A stretch of 64,000 bases of DNA from Eledone cirrhosa (taxonomy: Eukaryota). The stretch is from positions 4,960,001 to 5,024,000 of the forward strand of contig OZ024742.1 of assembly GCA_964016885.1 (NCBI GenBank). The letters run 5' to 3'. The notes beneath the pieces were generated by a model. That model saw nothing but the letters and a program-made list of their open reading frames with translations, was not told the origin of the DNA and did no database searches. Positions 26,947-42,017 of this stretch are shown here, piece after piece (position 1 is the stretch's first letter; each line of letters starts with the position of its first letter). Made by a program: the position numbers and the translations under genes.

Positions 26947-26977
26947 TACCTAACTGTACCAAGGATTACACACATTT

Positions 26978-27042
<65 letters not shown>

Positions 27043-27648
27043 GAGAAGAAAGAATATATATATATATATATGGGAAACGTAACCAAGATAAGAAAGAATT
27101 GGTTGTGATTGTGGTGGTGATAATTATATGATGATGATGATGATGACGTCGGCGGCGATGTTGATTATGATGAAATATATTTACAATGTTATGAATGAAT
27201 ATTTTGTTGTTCCCAGCATCTTTAACAGATTATTGTATTCCATAGTTATGTATGGTTGATGGTAGTTGTTTCTATAGTAACGAAATTTTACCAATTTTAT
27301 CAAATTAATAAACGTCATTTCCAACAATTTCTAGTTCCTAATTGTTGCAGATGGTATTTACAAGTTCTGCAGGTGGCATTTGTGTCGCAGTGATTGTTTT
27401 AACGTGCAGTTCGCTCTTGTTTGTGTAATTCTAAATCATATTTTGTGCAATTCTAAATTATGTTTAGAGTAGTAAGCTTGCAGTTTGTGTCAAATAAATT
27501 GTACAGGTGCTTACATGGAAGATGGTGGTTAAACAGCATAAAACACCCATAAAATGATTAAAATATCCAATGCAAGAGCTTCTCAGAGTCAGAGAATAAA
27601 AGTAAAACCCAACTCCGGTTTTATTGTCAGAATGACCTTCGCAAAGTA

Positions 27649-27737
<89 letters not shown>

Positions 27738-27962
27738 TAAACATCAAAATCTTCACCTATCACAATGATCAAAGAATAATTGTTCCACGTCACAGCACAC
27801 GGATTGATAGTTTGAAACTCTTTACTCCCACTCCTTATCCTCTCTATCTATCACACCAATTTACTAATCTCATGCTATTTTTAACTAATTTATATTTTCT
27901 TAAACGAAAATCTCATTACTGAATGTTACCTCTTAGTGAACAGTTGAATTCCACTACTGTAG

Positions 27963-28074
27963 GCTTTCTGATGAAGTGTAACAAATAATTAAGTATTGCA
28001 TATGATTGAACAATATATATTGTAGTCAGCACATGTAGACAATTTATATTAGGCACACAAACATATGTCGAAGC
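27963..28074 (+). ncRNA. HHR with long stem II and damaged G12 (copy at 32035-32146)
   Basis: GCUUU-CUGAUGA-aGUGU...GCAC-a-CAAAC-AUAU-GUC-(G/A)AAGC, palindromic ACAUAUGU. Confidence 0.55.
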
Positions 28075-28140
28075 AAATAAATTCAAAAGTCTTCACGCCG
28101 GCGTTTTGTTTTTCTTTGTGTAATAAATGCTAATATGTAA

Positions 28141-28219
<79 letters not shown>

Positions 28220-28869
28220 ATAATAATAAATTTGAAGACTAAAATCCAAAGAGGCATCGATAAGGATAAATATATTATATATCAAATATATAAGAACCGT
28301 AGAGCAAATATTTATTAAAATAACAGATTAAAGTTTAAGCAAAGAATCGCTGCTTTCACCCTTAACGGGATCTTCTGAAACTAACAAAGTCAATCTGTAA
28401 ACGCAGAACTGGATATTTCAAAAAACGTTGCAACCGGAGGAAGACAAGAAGACGATACTTTGGTTCGTGGAAACGTTCGCTGGCAACGAACGGGAAAAAA
28501 CGAATAATACGTCATTAATAGGAGCGGTGAAAAACAATTACGCGCAAAGACAGAACCACGTTTATGGTATAAAAGAGGTCGCAGACTAATGTTCTCTTCG
28601 GTGGTGCATAGAGACGTTCTCTGGCAATGAACGAAAAAACGAAGATAATACGTCATATGTGGAGCGTGGAGAACAATAGCACGCAAAGACAAAACCACGT
28701 AAAAGTATCGTCTTCCTGTCTTCCTCCGGTTGCAACGTTTTTTGAAATATCCAGTTCTGCGTGTACAGATTGACTTTGTTAGTTTCAGAAGATCCCGTTA
28801 AGGGTGAAAGCAGCGATTCTTTGCTTAAACTTTAATCTGTTCTTTTAATAAATATATATATATATATAG

Positions 28870-30631
<1,762 letters not shown>

Positions 30632-31616
30632 GGAGAAGAGAGAGTATGTACTGCTGAGATCGAGGAGACCATTAATCATGTGAGTACTTCAGACAGGGTA
30701 TAGAGGTGTGTAAAATCTCGACTGCACTGCCAAGCGGTCGGGATTTTACACATCTCTCAAAAAACACGAGAAGAATTGTGAAGGAGAGGATGACTAAGAG
30801 TGAATCCATCAATGAAGATAGGTTCGGGTGGTTTATTAGTTGACTTGACCAGTCCCTTTAGCAACCTACTATACTGGTTTCTGATTTAGGAACAAGGCCA
30901 ACATTTTTGAGGGAGAGGAAAGTCGCTTAAATTGGCTTCAGTGCGTTACGGTTACTTTATTTTTCGACCATGCAAGGATGAAAGGCACAGCTAACCTCAA
31001 CAGGATTTGAAGTCAGTACGTAAAGGGACGTAAATCCATGTCACAAAGCATGTTTTCTGGTGCTTTATTGATTCTTCTAATCCATCGCCCTTGGCGAATT
31101 TCCTCAATGGGGACACACTCACTAACTTTCAGGGGGAAACTTAGATATAATACTACAATATGTTGACCCAATTTTGGACAATCAACAACATACGTCCTTC
31201 CGTTTTATATCACCAGCTTTGTAAATTACCGTCAGATGAGGATGCGCCTGACTTAAGTTATTCTTACGTAAAATTCACTGGCGCTTCTGAAATGTGCATA
31301 ATGGTTTTTTTTCAAAATTGAAGTATTTGAAAGTTTGTAAAAACGTTCAAAGTATATGAAAGACGTTGCGAATGTTTGTCAAAAAATGTGTAAGTTTGCA
31401 AAACACTGCAAATAAAATAGCAAACACAAAAATATGAATGAGGATATATCTCAACAGTGAGAGAGGAGATGGAGTGGAAGTTTATTCCCGATGAAAATAT
31501 TATAGTTGTTATTGTTGTTTAGATTCATACACTAGTCTCCACTAGCTAGAGAATGCAGCTATCATCCGAGAGTTAACAGATCTTGTTACACCAACATCAA
31601 ACACACACACACATAC

Positions 31617-31653
<37 letters not shown>

Positions 31654-31680
31654 TATATAAACATATATATATATATATTC

Positions 31681-31807
<127 letters not shown>

Positions 31808-32239
31808 GGTAAACATCAAAATCTTCACCTATCACAATGGTCAAAGAATAATTGTTCCACGTCACAGCACACGGATTGATAGTTTGAAACTCTTTACTCC
31901 CATTCCTTCTCCTCTCTATCTATCACACCAATTTACTAATCTCATGCTATTTTTAACTAATTTATATTTTCTTTAACGAAAATCCCATTACTGAATGTTA
32001 CCTCTTAGTGAACAGTTGAATTCCACTACTGTAGGCTTTCTGATGAAGTGTAACAAATAATTAAGTATTGCATATGATTGAACAATATATATTGTAGTCA
32101 GCACATGTAGACGATTAATATTAGGCACACAAACATATGTCAAAGCAAATAAATTCAAAAGTCTTCACGCCGGCGTTTTATTTTTCTTGTTGAATACTTG
32201 CTAATATGTAATAATTATATATATATATATATATATATA

Positions 32240-33903
32240 GGAAAAAGTATGACACCTACGGCAGAGCTCGTGCCGTTTCGACGGCTATTTCTGGACTAAA
32301 TTAGAATTTTTAGCCTGTTCAACGTGGTTCAATCCTCCCCACAATGCCTAGGTGGCAACACCTATCGGGAAAATCTTCTTTAGACTCCTCGGAAAACACT
32401 TCCCACTACAACACCGCTACCACAACATAATCAACAAAACACCACCAAACTCTCCTACAGCACCACACCTAACTTCGCACAAAACAACGTCTCCTGAAAC
32501 AACAAAAAACTCAACCCCTATGGAAGAAATAACCTAGACATCAGTGGAGAGCCTACCAAGAGGGGGCACTGCCCTGATAGATCCACGTGCCCCCTCAACA
32601 ACAAATGCCGAGAACGTAACGTGATCTACCAGTGCAACGTGAGAACGGACACCTCCAACAAAGGTTATATAGGATTAACCGCGGGTCACCTCAAATCCCG
32701 GCTCTACCAACACCGACACACTTTCCGAAACCCGGTTCGGCGACATGCCACTACACTTTCGGGCCACATCTGGGACCTCCAAGATAACAATATAATCTAC
32801 AATATCACTTGGAGCTTACTGTCCAGAGCTAACTCCTACACGGGAGGACGCCGTCCGTGCAACTAATGCTCGGAAGCAACAGTACAAATGCTGTTTTCGA
32901 AGGACCAATTCCTAAACAAGAAAGATGAACTGGTAACCGCATGCAAACACTGATTGCGTAGGACTTACCTCGGCCTCAAACCCTATAACGACCCGGGTAA
33001 GTAGACAGGGGCACATACCCTTCCCCCTACACACACACACTTGTCGAAAAAGTTAGGGGAAACCCCAGCTTACATAGGTAAATGTATCTCTTTTCTTTTC
33101 CTCTTTGTCTCCTTCTTCCGCCTGTCTCATACTATCACTTCCTTCCACCCCCTATTTTCTTCCTCGTCTGCTTTCCCCTTTCGCCTACCCCGATGCAGCC
33201 CATCGGGCCTTGTAGCATCAGTTCCCCTTACCGTGTCATTTTAATATAGAATTGGCCGAATATGTTTTACTAACTACTTATAGCAGATGTGTTAAAAACC
33301 CCTTTAAGTTTGTATCTGTTTTTTAATTTCTATAAGTTTTTTCTATTCTCAACTTATTAACCTGTAATTGTAAGATAGCATTGTGAATTCTTTATTCATT
33401 TCTCACTATCTAATTTTATATATATATATATATATTTTTCTTTTATTTCTTTCTAGTATCTTTTATTGTCTCCTACTCTCTTTCGATTTACCTATTCTAT
33501 AACCTCCCTCCCCCACTTCATACACTATCCTTAGAATCTGATGTATACATATCACTTTCAGCGCTTGACCGCTCCACTCACTCCCCTATCGTTCTACAGG
33601 CAAGTTCAGCCACCCCCCTACTTCCCACCAAATGCCATGATAGACTTATTTGTGTTTACAACAAATTTTAACCAATCCTCTTGACAACTACAATCTTCCC
33701 ATATAAGGAAGTACCCCCTTGAAAAGTTCGGTTATTTATTCACCAGGCTAAAAATTCTAATTTAGTCCAGAAATAGCCGTCAGGACGGCTTGAGCTCTGC
33801 CGTCGGGGTCATACCTTTTCCTATTTCCCACTCTACTACCCTAAGTATTGAGTACTCTGGTGCGTTATGGTCCATTTGGTTCCTTACCACAATTCCTTTG
33901 TTA
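32240..33903 (+). mobile_element. Degenerate 5'-truncated PLE, duplicate copy 2, with a short inverted pLTR piece at 32240-32316
   Basis: WFNPPHNA*VATPIGKIFF..., GIY-YIG ORF piece at 32621-32866. Confidence 0.85.
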
Positions 33904-33906
33904 TAT

Positions 33907-33980
<74 letters not shown>

Positions 33981-34987
33981 AGAGAGAGAGAGAGAGGGTA
34001 GAAGAGAGAGTAGGTACTGCTGAGATCGAGGAGACCATTAATCATGTGAGTACTTCAGACAGGGTATAGAGGTGTGTCAAATCTCGACTGCACTGCCATA
34101 CGGTCGGGATTTTACATATCTCTTAAAGAACACGAGAAGAATTGTGAGGGAGAGGATGACTAAGAGTGAATCCATCAATGAAGATAGGTTCGGGTGGTTT
34201 ATTAGTTGACTTGACCAGTCCCTTTAGCAACCTACCATACTGGTTTCTGATTTAGGCAAAGGGCCAAAAATTTTGAGGGAGAGGAAAGTCGCTTCAATTG
34301 GCTTCAGTGCGTTACGGTTACTTTATTTTTCGACCATGCAAGGATGAAAGGCACAGCTAACCTCAACAGGATTTGAAGTCAGTACATAAAGGGACGTAAA
34401 TCCATGTCACAAAGCATGTATTCTGGTGCTTTATTGATTCTTCTAATCCATCGCCCTTGGCGAATTTCCTCAATGGGGACACACTCACTAACTTTCAGGG
34501 GGAAACTTAGATATAATACTACAATATGTTGACCCAATTTTGGACAATCAACAACATACGTCCTTCCGTTTTATATCACCAGCTTTGTAAATTACCGTCA
34601 GATGAGGATGCGCCTGACTTAAATTATTCTTACGTAAAAGTTCACTGGCGCATCTGAAATGTACATAATGGGTTTTTTTCAAAATTGAAGTATTTGAAAG
34701 TTTGTGAAAACGTTCAAAGTATATGAAAGACGTTGCGAATGTTTGTAAAAAAAATGTGTAAGTTTACAAAACACTGCAAATAAAATAGCAAACACAAAAA
34801 TATGAACGAGGATATATCTCAACAGTGAGAGTGGGGCTGGAATGGAAGTTTATTCCCGATGAAAATATTATAGTTGTTATTGTTGTTTAGATTCATACAC
34901 TAGTCTCCACTAGCTAGAGAATGCAGCTATCATCCGAGACTTAACAGATCTTGTTACACTAATATCAAACACTCACACACACATACG

Positions 34988-35029
<42 letters not shown>

Positions 35030-35586
35030 AAGTTATATTTAAAATTGTTGGGTTACAACTAGTAAATATTTATAACTGATATAAAAGCACTCGACAAATA
35101 CTTGGAGTATATTTACAATATTAAATAAATGGAAAACTATATTTATAAAACCATATTTATTTCATTATATATATTTCGGGGATATCATATTAACAATATG
35201 CTATGCCTTCATCAGACAAAATACAATATAAACAGTTTTATAGATAAATATATTCGACATACCGTAATAAACATCAACTTCATTTGAAGAGGTTCACTCT
35301 TTAATTACTTTAACCTTAAAATAGAAATTGAGAACAACCATAGAATAGTCAATTTCCTAGATATAACATTAAATCTCAACACATGTCTCCACTATCCTTT
35401 TCACAAGTTGAATGAAAACTTAAACTATGTCAACTTAACTCTAACCACCCCAGATCTGTCAAAAACACTATAGTAAACTCAGTCCAAAAACGTATCTCTA
35501 GGATCTCGTCGAATAGAAAGATTTTTGACGAAAAGGCCCAATACTATAATGATGCACTAGCTAGGGCAGGGTATGCTGATAAGATT

Positions 35587-36381
35587 GTGTACATAGATAA
35601 TGATAAACAAACTAAACAAAGTAACAACTTTTTTAATTATGGCAACAACATTAACAACTATAATAGAAAGCATTACAATAATTCCAAAGGACAAAAAAGA
35701 AATAGAACTAGGAACATAATTTGGTTTGCCCCCCCTTTCTCACTAAACATTAAAACCCACATCGCTAAATTATTTTTCAAAGCTCTTGATAATCGCTTCC
35801 CTAGAACACATAGGTACCACTCAATCTTCAATAGGCATACAATTAAATTAACCTACTCATCCACCAAAAATTTAGCACAAAATATTAATAGAATAAATAA
35901 TAGGAACTTAAAACCTACTGATAATAGCATAAATAATATACAAGTTAACAAATGTAACTGTAGAGATAGATCTAAATGTCCGTTAAATAACAACTGCTTA
36001 GTTAAAAATATAGTATACAATTGTAATGTTAATACTGACTCTAATTCTTTTAACTACGTCGGTTCCACATCGACGGAATTTAAACTTCGCTATAATAACC
36101 ACAAGAATTCTTTCACAGATCCAAATAAAAAATCTTCAACGGCACTATCAGGTGTACTCTGGCAACTTAAGCTAGATAACGTTAGATATTCGACGGCTTG
36201 GAATATAGTCTCAAGAGGGATTCCTTTTAATTCATCCTCTGAGACATGTGACCTCTGCGCAGAGGAGATATTCTTTATACTAAAATCTAAAAATTCCCTT
36301 AACCTACGGACAAATTTATTCAGTTGTTGCAAACATAGATTAAACTCAACGTTTAAATATAAATTTAAATTTAAAATGTAG
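35587..36381 (+). pseudogene. PLE linker plus GIY-YIG endonuclease
   Basis: RNIIWFAPPFS, CNCR..CPL...C, IVYNC...YVGST..FK.R..NH, CDLC.EE. Confidence 0.85.
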
Positions 36382-36469
36382 TATATTTAGTTTGATTTAT
36401 ATTTATATGAGAACTAGCCGATAAATCTTTTGATTCCTAAATCTTTGATTCCCTCTTTTTACTCTTTTT

Positions 36470-37030
36470 ATTGTTTATTTTATTTTATTTATTTTTATTT
36501 TTATTTTTATTTTTATTTTTATTTTTATTTTTATTTTTATTTTTATTTTTATTTTTATCTAAACATTCCTCATGAAAAATTAAGCTACCCTAAAAGCCGA
36601 TGCTCCAAATTTTCTGAATTAACCTTACACTTGATAAACTTATATATTAAATATAGGAACATATGTAGACATTATTGGACATCATAATCTTTTTTGCGAT
36701 ATTCCTTGCTAGATGTGATTTGATAGATAATTTTTGGCTTTGTCTTGTAGTGAACTTGGCAATATATTGTCAATTAACCTTGAAGGGTTGTTCTTTGTGG
36801 TTTATTTTTATTTTCATTTTTATTTTTATTTTTATTTTTATTTTTATTTTTATTTTTATTTTTATTTTTATTTTTATTTTTATTTTTATTTTTATTTTTA
36901 TTTTTATTTTTATTTTTATTTTTATTTTTATTTTTATTTTTATTTTTATTCTTTTAGTATTGTAGTATTCTATAATATTTTTATATTTTTATTTTTTATT
37001 TTATTTTATTTTTATTTTTATTTTTATTTT
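36470..37030. repeat. (TTTTTA)n tracts inside the PLE 3' region
   Basis: Seen directly. Confidence 0.85.
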
Positions 37031-37672
37031 TAATATTTTTATATGTAAATTTTTTTTTTTATATGTAAATTTTTATTTTTTTAATTATTTTTAATATTTT
37101 TAATATTTTTATATGTAAAGTTTTAATACGTAATATTTTTAATACGTAGTATTTTTAATATGCAATATTTTTATTATGTAATATTCTTTCGTAATATTCT
37201 TTTTTAGTTTTCTATTCTATATTTTTATATTTTTATATATTTTTACTTATTATCATTATTATTGTTATCTCTGCTTATAATATAATATATATTTTCGATT
37301 AGTATATTGAAATCTGCTCTCTATTTCTGCTTGATAGATAATCTTGTAGAGTAATCGCAAGAATAATAATACGCTCAAATTTTTATACCACATTGAGAAT
37401 GTTTTCCGGTAACTTTGAATTTGCGGAGTGAATCAGTTGGATTCACATAGACATATGAATTTTTTTAAAAACTAAACATAAGATAATGAATTTTCACGCA
37501 TTGTGAATACTTGTTTCATTCAGGAATACTGATATTTACAATATAGTGTAAGTTTTATAAATACTAATACATTAAAACATAGGGTTTTCTACGCCTCGAA
37601 TATGTCTGGCTATTTTTAAATTTTTCTCTCTCTATATCTCTCTATATATCTCCCTTACATTAATACTTGAGC

Positions 37673-37707
<35 letters not shown>

Positions 37708-38174
37708 ATGCATCATTGATACACTTACTCAAAATGACCTCCCACTACCTAATTTTTCTATATCTATATTTATATATGTATCTATCTCTATTTCCTCTCT
37801 CTCTCTATATATATATATCTCTTTCGGTCTCTTTACATGAAGCTCTTCGCTTTATCTATTTTTCCATCTCTCTATTTTGTCCCATGCATTTCTTCTTTTT
37901 CTTCTTTTTCTTCCTTTTCTTCGTTTTGTCTTTCTTTCTTTCTTATTTCCCTCTTTTCTCTCTCTCTTTCTTTCTCTCTGTATTTTCACTGCTAGAGTGA
38001 ACCTCTTCAAATGAAGTTGATGTTTATTACGGTATGTCGAATATATTTATCTATAAAACTGTTTATATTGTATTTTGTCTGATGAAGGCATAGCATATTG
38101 TTAATATGATATCCCCGAAATATATATAATGAAATAAATATGGTTTTATAAATATAGTTTTCCATTTATTTAAT

Positions 38175-38222
<48 letters not shown>

Positions 38223-38257
38223 TATATAAACATATATAAATATATATTCATATATAA

Positions 38258-38338
<81 letters not shown>

Positions 38339-38911
38339 TGGTCTTCCAACCATCATTGGTATTTCATCGCTTTAAAGACCATATACCTCCGGTTGGTGCG
38401 AGCAACGGCTAAAAAAAGTCGTTGGGACACGTAAATAAAGGGGACAAGAGTGTAAACAACAAAAATGGTGAGCAACGAAAAGTGAGGAAGAAGAAGTCAA
38501 GTCCCAAATTTCTATGAATTTAAATTCGGTGAAATCGTGAACGAGAGAGAATAAATACCATCAAACCTGGTTGGAATGTAAGCAAAGAAGGAATTCCGTA
38601 CAGGTCTAACGGGAGGAAGAAGGGATCTAGTCTGTGATTTCGGTGAACGTGAGTTCTGTGAAATCGTAGACGAGAGAGAGAAAAAGAACGACCTGCTAGA
38701 CCAAGAGTACGAAAGAAAAGAATTACGCACAGGTCAAACAGGAAGAAGGAGGAGGAGGAGGCTAGGTAGTAACAGAGAATGAGTGAGTGAAGGGTGAGGA
38801 AGAGGCTAACAGAGAGAATGGCTGCTAGAGAGGGTAAAGATACAGAGAAAGAGGAAGCGGTAAGAACGAAATAGACGTGTAACAGCGGGGGAAAAAATAT
38901 GTGTAAATATG

Positions 38912-38964
<53 letters not shown>

Positions 38965-39191
38965 CCAAAAGCCACATACCCAGCAACATATAACTGTTAA
39001 TAATACATTTTTTGCTCAAATGGTAATAATAATTTTTAAATATGATTTTTAAAAAGATAACTAAAAATATAGCCGAATGCCAAAACAATTGAAACGCAGT
39101 TCTGAAAATGAATTATATCTCTGAAGAATTCTATAATCAGTAATTGCATTTTTCTATATTCATCGATCGATTCGCAATGAAGTAAAAATGA

Positions 39192-39249
<58 letters not shown>

Positions 39250-39879
39250 CATAATCTAATGTGAACACAATTCTAGTTAAACATTAACGCAAGAATTGAT
39301 AAAGTGCGCTATAAAACAGCATTCTTCCAACGTTTAAGCCATAACGAAATAAATTTGCTTCCATGTAACATTTTAAGTAATAAAACTGCCAAGATTCAAT
39401 GAATGCTTCCAATGAAATTTCCGAGAATTTCGCCACAATAAACCCAAGTTTAAAAATTCTGTGCGTTTTTCTCTACTTTCTTTTTTTTTTTTTTTAAAGG
39501 GAGAAAAAACATAACATTATGTTGATTAGCTGTTTAGTTGAGAGGGTTGAAACCTCACATTTGCTATGTGTATATTTAAAATTGAGTCAAAATATATTAA
39601 ATCTACGGATACAATAGTTGGACAAAACTAGTAACAGTATATATACGTATATAGTTTTTATGCTAGTCATACAGTATTAATTTTTTTCATTTTTAGTTTC
39701 TATTTAAATGTGTGCATCTATGTATGCATACTTATATCGTATAAATGCATATATATATATATGGGGGGATCCATCTATGTATTGCACTTGTATTGTATGA
39801 ATCTATACTGGTGGGTGAGGGAGGGATTGTTTGGAGATGGCTGCTTCTGTACGTATATGTCTATATATATAGTTGTATA

Positions 39880-40960
39880 TATATCGCGTTCGTAGACTAC
39901 GAGAAGGCCTTCGACAGCGTCGAAATCAACGCAGTGCTGAACTCGCTGCAGAGGCAAGGAGTCGAGGCGCAATACGTTCAAATGCTCAGGGGGGCGGGTT
40001 CCGGATGCACCACCGACATAGCTCTGCTGTCATCACCCGTACGAGTGCTGGTCGAGAAGGGAGTGAAGCAAGGAGATACGATCTCTCCAAACATTTTCAC
40101 CGCGTGTCTCTAGCAGATCATCAGAGGCATTGACTGGCAAGGCGGTGTCAACATCAACGGCGAGATACTTACCCACCTCAGTTTCGCTGACGACATCGTA
40201 CTCATCGCTGAAACCACGGATCAGCTTCAGACCATGCTGACGGAGCTCGACATCAAAAGCTCTGCAGTAGGCCTCAAGATGAAACGAAGTTCATGCGGTC
40301 CGACAACGTACCAACAGGTCGAATGGTGGTTGGTGGTGATGAAATACAGGAGGTGGAAGAATACGTCTTCCTGGGACAAGATGTGAACATGCGCCGAGAT
40401 ATTGAGAGAGAGAGATCTCGCGGAGAGTAAGGGCCGGATGGAAGGCGTTCAACGCATAAGGGATGTGCTCAAGGGAAGGTTGGACAAGACCACCCGCGCC
40501 AACCTCTTCAATAGCACAGTTTTACCTGCAATGTTATATGGCAGTGAAACTTGGGCTACAACGAAGAGAGAGGAGCAGAGGCTGTTAACGGCTCAAAGAG
40601 CCATGGAGAGATCAATGCTAGGAATCTCGTTGAGAGAGCACATCGGTAGCAAAGTCATCAGACAGAAGTCCGGCGTGAGGGACGTCATCACGGAATATAT
40701 GCGCAGCAAGTTCAGATGGGCTGGACACGTCGCCCGGTTCACCGATAATCGGTGGACCCGTGCAGTTGCCGAGTGGTACCCGCGCGAGCGGAAACGACCA
40801 CTCGGAAGGCCTCCACGAGGGTGGAGTTACGATTTGAAGAATACGATTGGGATTACATGGATGAGGAAAGCACGATCCAGAAAGGAATGGACGGCGTGCT
40901 GTGACCAGCGGCGCCGAATGGACGCCCGACAGACTGGTCGTTCAATGTGATCAAGGTGAT
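39880..40960 (+). mobile_element. 5'-truncated RTE-clade LINE (RT pseudogene)
   Basis: FVDYEKAFDSV, KGVKQGDTISP, FADDIVL, LYGSETW, WAGHVAR. Stop at 40111 and frameshifts. Confidence 0.9.
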
Positions 40961-41671
40961 ATATATACTTTCCTTATATAATTCAGATGTATGTATTTTT
41001 TTTATATATTCTGCATACATTTTTTTATATATATCCTGCATGCATTTTCTATATACGGTCTGGGCATACCCTTTACATTAATACCATGAACTCCCTTTAT
41101 GTAGCCTTGCTTGAGGTGTCTATACATGGATTAATCCACGTTGGCAACATAATATCAACTCTGTCAGCACGTACACCAAGGTGCATTTTTGTATGTACAG
41201 CCCAATGTGTATCTTGATATGCTTTTCTTACATGTATCTTTTGCATATTTTTTTGTGTGTGTGTAGATGTGTGTATATACATATATACATATGTATAAGA
41301 ATATATGTGCGAGTTTGTGTGTGTGTGTATGCACACGTATAGAAGGAAAAAATATATAAAGGTATGTATATGTGTATATATATATGTATATATATATATA
41401 CAATGATATTAAATAAATGGAAACTATATATATAAAACCATATTTATACTTCGTTTCTGAATTTGTTTAGCAAGATTCTTTATCTGAAATCGTGTGTTGA
41501 AACCGATATTGTTATACTTTGGGAGGGTCATGTTGCCAATAAGAAACACACGCACCAGTTGCTTTCACTTCAATTTATTATATATTTATAAATTTATAAA
41601 TTTACAAATCTACAAACTTATAAATTTCTGGTTGGTTGGTTGGTTCCACAACCAGATAGTTGTTTATATAT

Positions 41672-41716
41672 AGTCATAGTCCTTTCGTCACACACTCTGT
41701 GACCTCTTCAGTGACT
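41672..41716 (-). ncRNA. Minimal HHR in pLTR (copy at 45898-45942)
   Basis: AGUCA-CUGAAGA-g-GUCACA/UGUGAC-GAAAG-GA-CUA-UGACU. Confidence 0.75.
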
Positions 41717-42017
41717 GGGGATTCCTCTCTTTGTTTCTGTGTCTTTCCTTTCTTCTATCCTACGCCATTTTGTTTCTGTGTGTGTGTTGTGTGCTCAGTT
41801 TGCGCATGCGCCACATCCGGGTGTCTGTGTGTGTTTGTGTTCATTTATCTATTTGTTTATTTATTTATTTATTTATTGTTGGTTGGTTGTTTGTTCTATG
41901 TGTGTGTGTGTTTTCATTTTGTCCTGTGTGTGTTTTCATTTTGTCCTTAATTGTAAGTTGTTTGTTCTATGTGTGTGTGTGTTTTCATTTTGTCCTGTGT
42001 GTGTTTTCATTTTGTCC

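Larger units (their letters stand above)
35113..38180 (+). mobile_element. 5'-truncated PLE with inverted pseudo-LTR (35113-35300 versus 37994-38180)
   Basis: RT C-terminus (NFLDITLNL; SNHP) from 35300, frameshift near 35436, GIY-YIG ORF, long T-rich 3' region, HHR in both termini. Confidence 0.9.

Noticed and set aside
38337-38900. hAT-like terminus CAGTGGTCTTCCAAC
   Set aside because: No matching opposite TIR or 8-bp TSD found.
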